This document shows, piece after piece, positions 24,980 to 35,702 of a stretch of DNA of 64,000 bases (position 1 is the first letter of the stretch; every line of letters begins with the position of its first letter). Origin of the DNA: Prorocentrum cordatum. Taxonomy: Eukaryota. The DNA is taken from contig CAUYUJ010000070.1 in the NCBI GenBank assembly GCA_963575745.1, forward strand, positions 372,001 to 436,000, read 5' to 3'. The position numbers were made by a program, and so were the translations under genes. The notes under the pieces are model-generated. The model was given only the letters and a program-made list of their open reading frames with translations, did no database searches and was not told the origin of the DNA.

Positions 24980-25522
24980 TTCATCGAGCCCCGCACGTCG
25001 GAGCCGTTCACCTTCCGCACCTCCAAGGTCACGCGGACGGGCTTCCCGTTCTCCCACGGCAGGGTCATCACCACGGTGGCGTGCCAGGGGCGCACCATGC
25101 GCGAAGGCGACGGGGCGGGGGAACGGCGCTCCGGGGACGGCCAGACCTCCGGGGCGCGAGCAGTCCGCGGCCAGACCTCGGTCCTGTGGACTCTCGCCCT
25201 GGGCCGTCGGCTGCCCGGCGCACTGCTCCCTCGGCCGAGTCGCCCAGGTGTGATCCTGGACTGCGGCCGCCACGAGGTCGGGAACGGCAAGAAGGAGGAC
25301 GACGACTGGTGGCTGGAGCTCTATGTGCTGCTCTCGCGCGCCACGCGCCACGAGGACCTCCTGCTCACGCGGGCGCCGCGCATCGAGTTCTTCCTGGCAG
25401 GACCGCCGGAGGGTCTGCGAAAGCAGCTGGAGCAGTTTGCAGCGCGCGCGAAGCGGTGCAGGAGGGAGGCGACGGCCCTCGCCAGGGAGCTCGGCTTCAC
25501 CGAGTTTATCCGCGAGGCCTGA
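24978..25522 (+). pseudogene. C-terminal fragment of a Pif1-like SF1 helicase (Helitron/Helentron RepHel type); exons ~24978-25106 and 25248-25522
   Basis: VTRTGFPFSHGRVITTVACQGRTM corresponds to the Pif1 R.QFPL..A.A.T.HKSQG.T motif V. LYVLLSRAT corresponds to the YVALSR motif VI. Removing the GC-AG intron 25107-25247 (141 nt) gives QGRTMREGVILDCG with normal motif spacing. Confidence 0.85.
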
Positions 25523-26657
25523 CCTGAGGAGCGCCCCCCCCGAGCCGCGCCTTCTCTCGACTGCCCGCATAATTGTTCGGCCTCGCGCCGCGGACGACCC
25601 GCGCGCGTCGCTGGGACCCCCCTCGGGGCGACCAGCGCGCGTCGCGGGGATTCCGCGCGGCGCTCTGCTCAGCGCCTCGCTCGCCCGTCGTCGCTCTGCC
25701 CAGCGGCCGGAGCCTTGCCCGCAATCAGCCGGCCGGCTAGCTCTCTGTGCTCCGCGCAGCGGACGACCTGCGCGCGTCGCTGGGACCCCTCCGCGGCGAC
25801 CTGCGCGCGTCGCGGGGACTCCGCGCTGCTCTGCGCCCGCAGCTTTGGATTTTTGGAGCGCGCAGGCAAAGAGGGGGGGAAAGAAGGGACGGAAGCGGGT
25901 GCGATCCCCGTGAGGGGCGTGCCGACATGGGCGTCGCGGCGCGCGGGCGCTGCCGTCGGGGTTCCCGCGGAAGCTGCCTGCGGCGGCCACGCCCAGTGTC
26001 ACAAGTGTTCGGACAGGCGTGCTCGAGCCATTCACATTCATATACATTTACACTAGGCGTAGCCAAGATCGCATTCATGCAAATATACTCACTCCCACGC
26101 AGACCCATTCACACTCAGACTCTCTCGCGCTCTGGCTCACCCGCGTTCATTCTTTCGTAATCTGACCTATCGTATTCCTTTGCGTTGTGTACCCCGCCAT
26201 ATTTCGGCATGCCCCTCATGCGGTTCGTGGCCCCATAGGGAGCGCCACCGAAAAAAAAGGTATTCACAAATGCGGCACTCACAACTGCATATGGTTGGGT
26301 TTTTCGCCCGGATAATTTTCTATTTGTTCTGTTGGTGATTTTCAATGACTCCCAATAGTCCTTCCGTCCGAACAATGAACCTGCGCAGCAGCTGCAGGGG
26401 TGTCTGGTAAACTAATGAAGCATGCGGCCCTCGTTCGACAGTTTTCCCAACGTTCTGCTCCCGCGTCGCTACGTTTCCATGGCATTAAGTTTGGTGCATG
26501 GGCAGTTCTTTCAGCGGGGCTCCCGTCTGCAGGGCACGTCCACAGGGCGCGCGTTTTTGAAGAGGGCGCCCCCCCGCAGTGAAGAGGAGTTCTTGAAGAG
26601 AAACATGCGGAGGGGACTTCGAACGGCAAGGTGTGTTGCCGCGTCGTTGATGTTTGT

Positions 26658-28601
26658 TCCCAACCAACCTGTGTTGTTGGGTCCTCGTTTTGAAGAGACG
26701 GTCCCCGCGTTCCTCCTTCCTCCTTCCTCCTTCCTCCTTCCTCCTCCTCCCCTTCCTCCCCCCTCCTCCCCCTCCCACACTCATTCTGGCACACCCCTCA
26801 CACGTTTCGTGGCCCCATAGGGAGCTCCACCGAAGGCCCCAGTGGCTGCGCCCGCATGCGGTTCCACCCCCCATTCTGGCACACCCCTCACACGTTTCGT
26901 GGCCCCATAGGGAGCTCCACCGAAGGCCCCACTGGCTGCGCCCGCATGCGGTTCCACCCCCCATTCTGGCACACCCCTCACACGTTTCGTGGCCCCATAA
27001 GGAGCTCCACCGAAGGCCCCAGTGGCTGCACCCTCATGCGGTTCCACCCCCCATTATGGCACACCCCTCACACGTTTCGTGGCCCCATAGGGAACCCCAC
27101 CGAAGGCCCCAGTGGCTGCGCCCGCATGCGGTTCCACCCCTCATTCTGGCACACCCCTCACACGTTTCGTGGCCCCATAGGGAGCTCCACCGAAGGCCCC
27201 AGTGGCTGCGCCCGCATGCGGTTCCACCCCCCATTCTGGCACACCCCTCACACGTTTCGTGGCCCCATAGGGAGCTCCACCGAAGGCCCCAGTGGCTGCG
27301 CCCGCATGCGGTTCCACCCCCCATTCTGGCACACCCCTCACACGTTTCGTGGCCCCATAGGGAGCTCCACCGAAGGCCCCAGTGGCTGCGCCCGCATGCG
27401 GTTCCACCCCCCATTCTGGCACACCCCTCACACGTTTCGTGGCCCCATAGGGAGCTCCACCGAAGGCCCCAGTGGCTGCGCCCGCATGCGGTTCCACCCC
27501 CCATTCTGGCACACCCCTCACACGTTTCGTGGCCCCATAGGGAGCTCCACCGAAGGCCCCAGTGGCTGCGCCCGCATGCGGTTCCACCCCCCATTCTGGC
27601 ACACCCCTCACACGTTTCGTGGCCCCATAGGGAGCTCCACCGAAGGCCCCAGTGGCTGCGCCCGCATGCGGTTCCACCCCCCATTCTGGCACACCCCTCA
27701 CACGTTTCGTGGCCCCATAGGGAGCTCCACCGAAGGCCCCAGTGGCTGCGCCCGCATGCGGTTCCACCCCCCATTCTGGCACACCCCTCACACGTTTCGT
27801 GGCCCCATAGGGAGCTCCACCGAAGGCCCCAGTGGCTGCGCCCGCATGCGGTTCCACCCCCCATTCTGGCACACCCCTCACACGTTTCGTGGCCCCATAG
27901 GGAGCTCCACCGAAGGCCCCAGTGGCTGCGCCCGCATGCGGTTCCAACCCCCATTCTGGCACACCCCTCACACGTTTCGTGGCCCCATAGGGAGCTCCAC
28001 CGAAGGCCCCAGTGGCTGCGCCCGCATGCGGTTCCACCCCCCATTCTGGCACACCCCTCACACGTTTCGTGGCCCCATAGGGAGCTCCACCGAAGGCCCC
28101 AGTGGCTGCGCCCGCATGCGGTTCCACCCCCCATTCTGGCACACCCCTCACACGTTTCGTGGCCCCATAGGGAGCTCCACCGAAGGCCCCAGTGGCTGCG
28201 CCCGCATGCGGTTCCACCCCCCATTCTGGCACACCCCTCACACGTTTCGTGGCCCCATAGGGAGCTCCACCGAAGGCCCCAGTGGCTGCGCCCGCATGCG
28301 GTTCCACCCCCCATTCTGGCATACCCCTCACACGTTTCGTGGCCCCATAGGGAGCTCCACCGAAGGCCCCAGTGGCTGCGCCCGCATGCGGTTCCACCCC
28401 CCATTCTGGCACACCCCTCACACGTTTCGTGGCTCCATAGGGAGCTCCACCGAGCGCCCCAGTGGCTGCGCTCGCATGCGGTTCCACCCCCCCATTTCGG
28501 CACACCCCTCACTCGTTTCGTGGCCCGGGGGCGCCACCGAAGAATATATCCACAATTGCGGTATTCACAACTACGTATGGTTGGGTCTTTGGTCAGCCTA
28601 A
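26658..28601 (+). mobile_element. Family H Helentron-like element H4
   Basis: Head tcccaaccaacctgtgttgttgggtcctcgttttgaagagacgg. Tail cacaattgcggtattcacaactacgtatggttgggtc...ctaa|tt. Confidence 0.75.
26782..28542. repeat. Highly homogeneous 90-bp minisatellite array, about 19.5 copies
   Basis: Monomer ggcacacccctcacacgtttcgtggccccatagggagctccaccgaaggccccagtggctgcgcccgcatgcggttccaccccccattct. Confidence 0.97.
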
Positions 28602-29241
28602 TTTTGGCGCACTGCGGCGAGGCGTCGCGGAAGGGTTACGACGGGCGTTGCTTCGTCCACTCGTGGTCCAGGACCAAGAGAAAATCGACCCGCGGCAACA
28701 CGACGGGCCCAGGGATTGGGCCGAATTCTCCAGGGACCCGCGCCCCGCTATAAATCACAGCGTCGGGGCCTGTGTCCAGTGCTTGCTAGCACAAGCCCAG
28801 GTCCCCGTCGCTTTGGAGAGTCCCGCCTCTGCCGCCGTTTGCTAGCACACCGACGCACCCAGAGAGGCCCGGGTCCCTCCCTCTCGTCTGGTTGCCCTCC
28901 TCGGGCGGGGCGTGGGCGCAGAGGCCGAGTGGGGTCACGCCGAGGTGGGCTCTCCTCCCGGCTCCCCCTCTGTGGCGCCCACTCCCGGCCCGCAGCGGCC
29001 GCCAGCCAGCATCCTCGGGCGCCGACAGGTTTGGATGACAGCGTCCGGTCCGCGGGCCGAGTCGTGTCGCAAGGTTCTTCCGCTAAGCGGCGAAGAGTGG
29101 CCGTGGGCTCCGCGGGGTTCCGGCCGCGGAGCAGCGCGGGTCATGACAGGCCTCGCTGCTGTGTTTCCAACATACCTCTTTTCTGCGGCCCTCCTCTCCC
29201 CCCTCTCTCTTCTCTCTCTCTCTCTCTCTTTCTCTCGTTTA

Positions 29242-29298
<57 letters not shown>

Positions 29299-29625
29299 AG
29301 ATGTCTTTATATATATATGCATGTGTAAGGTATGAATACCTGATCAGATGTAACATACAAACGCACACACATACAAGCAAACATACATACGAGGACGAGG
29401 GGATGCGAATCTCCCCAGAGCCAAACCGAATCACATGCATCACGAACTCCACGCGGGTACCCTTGCATTCTTGCCTCGTGACCCCTTTTTGGCCCGTCAC
29501 CATGTGCCACCCGGCTTCCCACCTCGGCCTCACCCTGGGCGCCCAGGGGCCCCCTCTTTGTATCCTTCGCGCGCATCCTCTCCATGATCCGGCCGCACGG
29601 CATCCCTGCGGCCTTCGGCTGCCCG

Positions 29626-29930
29626 GACCCTCGGGCTGAAGCTGCTGGCCCTGTACGCCCAGCTGTCCCTCTCGCGCAAGGCCTTCCGGGCACTCCGGTG
29701 GCTCGCCGACGCGAGGCTGGCCGCGGAGAGCCTCGGGGAGGCCCTCCGCGAGGGCGCCTCGGGCCGGCCCGTCGTCGAGGGAGGAGGCACGGAGACCAGG
29801 GCCAATCGCCAGGGCTTGTCGCTGCTCGGGCGTGTGCAGTCTCTTCTGAGGCGAGGGCCGTCGAGGGGCGTCCGGGGCGACGGCGCCGAAGAGTGCTCGG
29901 GGAAGGGCCGCCCGAGCATTGGCGAGTGTG
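29626..29930 (+). CDS. Possible exon of an unidentified helical protein
   Basis: One frame reads TLGLKLLALYAQLSLSRKAFRALRWLADARLAAESLGEALREG with GC3-rich codons. Splice sites are not resolved. Confidence 0.35.
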
Positions 29931-30116
29931 GGGAGGAGGAGGAGGAGGAGGAGGAGGAGGAGGAGGAGGAGGAGGAGGAGGAGGAGGAGGAGGGGGAGGC
30001 GGGTCTCGAGGGAAGCGGGCCCTGCGGTTTGGTTCGCCGCGCTCGGGCTCTCGGGGCCCTCAGATGGGGAGCTGCTCGGGCGCTCGGGCTCGCGGTGTTC
30101 GGAAAGCTGCCCAGGG

Positions 30117-30443
30117 TGAAGTCGGGCCTGTCCCTCTACACCTCAGGCGATGCTCAAGAAAACTTACATTTTCGGCCAGAGTCTCGATTATTCTTAATGT
30201 TTCAATTGAATTCCTAAGGTTTTTATAGAGATTCTGGGTTTTATTAAAATTCTGAGACTATGAATTTCTTAACCCATGATTTCTTAAGCATTTCGCAGGG
30301 TGTACGGTGGGAGTATTCAAAGATAGTCAAACCATAGTCTGGGGACGATTTGTTCCTGCATGTTTATGCTATTCTGGGGTATCTTTGGTGTATTTTTATT
30401 TTTTCGTCCCGATTCCCCTTGTAGGGGGACAGGCCCGACTTAA
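30117..30443. mobile_element. MITE family J copy with 8-bp TSD gcccaggg, containing a nested family I MITE
   Basis: TIR tgaagtcgggcctgtccctcta / tagggggacaggcccgacttaa. TSD at 30109-30116 and 30444-30451. Confidence 0.85.
30139..30302. mobile_element. MITE family I copy nested at a TA within the left TIR of the J element
   Basis: Matches 15608-15772. TA is duplicated at 30137-30138 and 30303-30304. Confidence 0.88.
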
Positions 30444-31291
30444 GCCCAGGGTGAAGAAGTGGTCCTGGGGGAAGGCCCTGGCGTCCAGGACCCGTCCTCC
30501 GCAGGACCCGCTTCCCCCATGCCAAGCCAAGATGTCGCGGGATCTTGTCGACGCTGGTCTGGGCCACGGCTCATGTTGGCCGTCGCCTGATTCGCGAGGA
30601 TGTGCCGCGAATCAGCGATGGCTAAAATGGACGGCAACCAAGAGCGACACCGGCGGTTCCACGTTTGGTCTTTAAGTCTTGGTCATGGTCTTCGCCGTCT
30701 GTCCCCTCGACATCATCCGTTGCCTGACGGCGCTTCACTGGCTCCTGATGGCCGCGCACATCTTTTGGGACAACATGTTCTTCTGCACGCACCGCTCGGT
30801 CAGGCTCATCGACCTTCTCGGGGGGCGTCGACACTACAGTGCCGGTTTTGTATACATGCTCCGCGTGCGGATCATGTATTAAATATGCAGGGATTTAGTA
30901 TTAAAGACAACGCGGAGTTCATACATAAATCCATTCCTAAGTTAATCATGTATTAACTGGCCAGGTCGATCGTGGGCCGATCATGGGTCTTGCTCCAGAG
31001 ATCGATGTTCGGCACGATCAGTGTTGCCAGCCATCTCCCACAGCAGCTCGTGCACTGCCGCTCTGTAGCATCGTTTTAGCGAGAGTTGCAGCTCCGGGCT
31101 ACAAAAGCTGCAGCATCTCACGCCCCAGCGTGGCAGTTCCTTCACGCCGTACACTGCCGCGTTCGCTGATCGCACGGAGGGCTTGCTCCTGAAAAGGTGG
31201 GTGTATATGCATCCCTGGCCACCGAGCCCAGAGGGCACATGCACCGTCCCTGCGCCCAGCATGGGCCTGGACAGGGTCAGAGAGGTGGATA

Positions 31292-31467
31292 CAGTGGAGA
31301 CCCATGCCAAGGAACACCCTGCTCGCCTCCAGGGTGCCCTTGGTTTCTTGGGTTTCGATGGCTTTGCCACGGCAGGCGCGACGCTCCCACGCCCAAAATC
31401 CATGGACGTCCTGGGGTCTCAGGGTTGGGTTTCTTCTGGAAGGTTCCTGGTGGACTGGCCTCCTCTG
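31292..31467. mobile_element. MITE family C copy, TA TSD
   Basis: ta-cagtggagaccca ... tggcctcctctg-ta. Confidence 0.85.
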
Positions 31468-31684
31468 TACGTCGTCGACGTCGCCCGGCCTTCCCTCGTC
31501 CGAGCGGTGGACAAACGCCGCCTGCAACCAGGCGCAGAAGAACTGGCGCGCCGCCGCCGACCTGGCGGGCCTGGCCGCGGCCTGGCTCCGGGCCCGCCGC
31601 GCGCGGCGCAGGCTCGGCGCCTTGGTAGCGGCGGCCGCCGGCGCCGCCGTGGGCGGCAGCGCCGCGGGCGCGGCGAATCCACCT

Positions 31685-31995
31685 TCCTCGCTCCTCCTCC
31701 TCCTCATCCCTCCTCCTCCTCCCGTCTCCTCCTGCTCCTCCTCCTCCTCCTCCTCCTCCTCCTCCTCCTCACGCCTCCTGCTCCTCCTCTTCCTCCTCCT
31801 CCTCCTCCCGCCTCCTCCTTCTTCCTCCTCCTCCTTTCCTTCTCCTCCTCCTACTCCCCCTCCTCCTCCTCCTCCTCTCCTCCTCCTCCTCCTCCTACTC
31901 CCCCTCCTCCTCCTCCTCCCCCTCCTCCTCCTCCTCCTCCTCCTCCTCTTCCTCCTCCTCCTCCTTCTCCTCCCTTTCCTCCTCGCCTCCTCCTC
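31685..31995. repeat. (CCT)n tract
   Basis: Direct reading. Confidence 0.95.
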
Positions 31996-33150
31996 TCTGG
32001 AGGTGCGGTGACCGACTCTGCAGCGGGGGCCGCGGCTGATGCCCTGGCTTCAAGCAGTGGCGAAGCGTCTTGGCCTGCCTACTAGGCCCCCCAAGAATGC
32101 ACTAAGAATGTCTTGTGGTGTGTGCGACATGTTCTTGGGAGGTGTGGGGCCGAGACCGTATTGCTCTCATGCGTCGGGTTGCTGTTCTCAGAACGTTGTG
32201 TTCGTTCTTGTTGTTGTGCTCTAAGAACATGCCGTGGTAGGCCTATCGGAATGCCGGGACGGTCGGTCCCTGCTCAAGTGGCTGGCGCGACCGAGGCAGC
32301 GGCCGTTGCGCGCGCGGACCTGCGCGAGGCCAGGTACGTCCTCGCCAAGTTGGCGGCGGACGTCGCGACATACCTGCCCCAGGCGGACATCTGAGAACAG
32401 GTTTGTATCAGGAGATCGGCTTCCAGGGTGCCGAATTCGGTGTAGGAATCCTTCGATCATCCTGAAAATGGTCGAGGCGGTGTTGGTAAGGCTTCGGGTT
32501 GCGCACAAACAGCCCTCCCCACACCCAGGTAGTCCCCCCATGCCAAAACAGCCCGCCCGAGTAGACCAGGGCGGCCGAATGTCGGGCGCAAGCGCGTTCC
32601 GTAAAACAATGCAGCGCCCAGATCTGAGGGATCTTGAAAAGATTGGAGGCGATTTGTGCAATCAACGTTTTCGAGTGCCATTCTTGGGAGGTTGGATTTG
32701 GCGTCGGCGTTGGTCGATCCCCCGTCGGAAACTAGCCTGATCCGGCCCAATGCAGCTTAATCCTGCCTAATCCTGGCTCTTGCGGCGTAAACCCGAGTTC
32801 AATCCGGCCTAATCGGGCACAATGACACCTTCCATGTGGATTCGTAGTTCTTAACCGTTCATACGAAAACCTCCCAGAAGTTGTCTCCTCAGAATTTGGT
32901 GCAGCAGTCCTTCGGCCATCCCTTGAACTACGGGACGCGATGAGCTGTGCAGCATTGCCTAAGAAAGTTGTCCAAACATTGCTCGATTGTTGCTGCGCTT
33001 CCTGGCAAGCTCGGCTCTCAGAACATGCCGGAGGCGGTGTGCTGTGCAGCCCAGCCTCAGAACTGCCCGAACATTGCCCGAGCGTTGCTGTGCTTCCCGG
33101 CAAACTCAGTTCTCAGAACATCTGGAAGAAGAGAAACACGGCATAAACAT

Positions 33151-33297
33151 AAACTTTTGGCGCTCCGCGCGGGTTTCTTGGATCTGCGCTGGACCCCCCC
33201 TCCCTGGGTCGCGGAGCGCGCCAGGGGCGGCGCCGGAAGCGCCGCTGGGGGGGCCCCAGCGCGGATCCAAGAAATCCTCGCGGAGCGCCAAAAGTTT
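33151..33297. mobile_element. Foldback MITE family M (~45-bp TIR)
   Basis: aaacttttggcgctccgcgcgggtttcttggatctgcgctgg pairs with ccagcgcggatccaagaaatcctcgcggagcgccaaaagttt. Relatives at about 38905-39040 and 51230-51330. Confidence 0.85.
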
Positions 33298-33857
33298 GCG
33301 TGTCTGGCGTTCTCTCTTCTTCGAAACATCGCCCGCGCCCTCGCCGAGCGGCTGGCCTGGCGCGACGCGCACGTCGGCGCGGCCGGCGTCGCCGCGGCCC
33401 TGCTGAGCTGCCGCGCCGAGTGGCTGAAGCTGTAGCGGGCGCGGGCCTTCCGCGGGGCGGGCACGGGGGCGGTCCGCGGGCGCGGCGAGGCAAAAGGTGC
33501 AGAGCATGATGGGCAAGGTTGCCACCACCGCTGCCATACGTAGGACGGAGGAGAAGGGAGGAGAGGGATGAGGAGGTCCTCCTCCTTCTCCTCCCCCCTC
33601 CTTCTCCTCCTCCTCCTTCTCCTCCTCCTCCTCCTCCTCCTCCTCCTCCTCCTCCTCCTCCTCCTCCTCCTCTCCTCCTCCTCCTCCTCCTCCTCCTCCT
33701 CCTCCTCCGCCTCCCTCCTCCGCCTCCTCCTCCTCCTCCTCCTCCTCCCTCCCCCCGCCTCCGCCTCCTCCTCCTCCTCCTCCTCCTCCTCCTCCTCCTA
33801 CATATGGTGGTGTCGGCGGTGGAAAACGGGCCCATCAGAGCAGGCAGCTGCCTACGC

Positions 33858-34016
33858 TTAAGACGGGCATGCCACTCTACAGGAGGAGTATTCAAAAATA
33901 GAATGGATCGCCTGGGCAGAATGCTTCTATGATGAGTGGAGTATTTTAGGGCATTGTTTGGCTATGGCTTATTGTTTCCTCCAAGGTCCGCCTTTATGAG
34001 GACATGCCCGACCTGA
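33858..34016. mobile_element. MITE family J copy, 8-bp TSD gcctacgc/gcctgcgc
   Basis: ttaagacgggcatg ... catgcccgacctga. Confidence 0.8.
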
Positions 34017-34189
34017 GCCTGCGCTACGGCCTCTGGAGCCTCACGCGGGCCGCCCTCTCCCCCCCCCCCCCCTCCCCACACCTTGAAGTCGGCTGGGGCT
34101 CCCAGGTGCTCCAGCACTGGTTCTGGCCAGCAGGAAAGGGGGGCAGGTCGGAGGTGCTGGGGTCGACACGGTGAATGCCGCCGTCCGTC

Positions 34190-34483
34190 TCAGGGGGGCA
34201 GTTTGGGGGCCGTCGGAAACGGATCCGGGATTGTGTTCCCTTTGGGGCCTCTAGTAGGCATGCCGGAAGCCATCTTGAAACATCTTCGGCTACCTTGAGC
34301 AATTTTGGGGGCCATCCTGGAGCGTCGGGTGGCCTCTTGGAACCATCTTGGGCCATCTTGAGCTCTATGACGGCTCGCGACCCCTTCCAAGCAAACCTTA
34401 GGGAGGGGGTGGGGACCCTTCCCCGAAGGAAAGAGGGGGTTGGAAAAAGAGCGAGACCACCTACGCCCAGACGGCTGGTGAAA
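34190..34483 (-). mobile_element. Family G element, partial diverged copy
   Basis: cccttccccgaaggaaagagggggttggaa...accacctacgcccagacggctggtg resembles the family G head. Confidence 0.6.
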
Positions 34484-35550
34484 TTGGGCGTTGGCCGAAG
34501 CACACGTCGATGTCCACGAAGTCGGTGATGCTGGTCTCGGGCCAGAGCCAGGCCAGGACCGTTGTCGGCGCTCCGTCCGCAGAAGGCATCTGTGCACCAC
34601 CACTGAGCATGGCCGGGGAGGTCCTGAGCCCTGGGGCGGCGTGGAGGTCCTCCCGCCCTCGGCCAGGAGGGCGCCCTTCGCCACGCTGGGGCCGAGGCCG
34701 GCCCTGGCCAGGCATGCAGCTGGCGGCAAACGGGCCCTCGCGGGCGAAGCACGCGTGCGCCCTCGCGGCCTCGCAGGCCTGGGCCCCTGGGCCGCGAACC
34801 CCCGCGGAGCGCGGCGCGGCTTCGCGGAGGCTCCGCCCCGGAGATCGCGTGCAGCCGTGCGGGGCTGCGTGCCCGCGGAGGCGCGCCCTCCTGCGTCCAG
34901 ACCGCGAGGGCGCGGGTGCGGACACGTTCGCCGCTCGGGAGGTGCTCCTCTGGATGGTTGGCCGGGTTCGCCGCGGAGGGGCCCCGGCCCGGCGTGCTCC
35001 CCCACTCTCGCCCCTCCGAGCGGCGCCGGCGTCGAGCGGTTGCCCCCGCGCTCGGTCTGGCAGTCGGGGGCTTCCGTAGCCTTTGGGATCGAGGCCCGCG
35101 GCAAGCCAGGCGCGAGCCGCGGGCAGCACTGCTCGCGAGTGCCTTGCCGGGCCTGTGCGCCTTCCCTCCTTGTCGTCCCCTTGCTCTTGCCTGGCGCCAT
35201 CTCAGGAGGGAAAGAAACACACCGACACAATTCATCGGCGATCTCCTTGAACATATGGGAAAATATGGCAAGTGGGGGGGGAGACAAAAACCCAGAAAAT
35301 ATCTGAAAATATGGTGAATGTTTTTATTTGTGTGTCCCAGGGCCCCTTCAGTCATCGTGCTTCTTTTCTCGCAACCCCGACAGTGAGCCTCCGGGCTCGC
35401 AGCGCTTGAGGGCCACAAGCGGGCAACGCGGGGCAGCGCTGGAGGGCCACGAGCGAGCAACGCGGAGATGTTTCATGGGCTCTCAGATTCGCGTCCCCCG
35501 CCGTCTTCGCTCCTTCTATCCGCTCTGCATTTTGCCGCTCGTGCCCTGTT

Positions 35551-35603
<53 letters not shown>

Positions 35604-35604
35604 T

Positions 35605-35645
<41 letters not shown>

Positions 35646-35702
35646 TCTCCTCCTCGCCTCCTCCTGCTCCTGCAGCATGCGCGGCGGCGGCCCTGGGCCC
35701 CA

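Larger units (their letters stand above)
24222..26315 (+). mobile_element. Family H element H3, head-to-tail with H2, enclosing an 89-bp array and a helicase fragment
   Basis: The head starts a few bases after the H2 tail. A monomer plus tail occurs at about 26198-26315. Confidence 0.65.

Noticed and set aside
22311..28542. CRISPR array interpretation of the 89-90-bp repeats
   Set aside because: The inter-core segments are near-identical within each array rather than unique spacers. There are no cas genes and the context is eukaryotic.
21699..28753. Long ORFs of 450-800 aa on both strands
   Set aside because: They arise because a GC-rich 90-bp unit (30 codons) is stop-free in several frames at once, with no domain signal.
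31500..33435. Exon-like GC-rich islands (31500-31680, 32230-32390, 33305-33435); similar islands at 803-930, 14400-14540, 54340-54420 and 55585-55817
   Set aside because: They are plausibly exons, but I could not assemble a phase-consistent model or recognise a domain, so they are not called.
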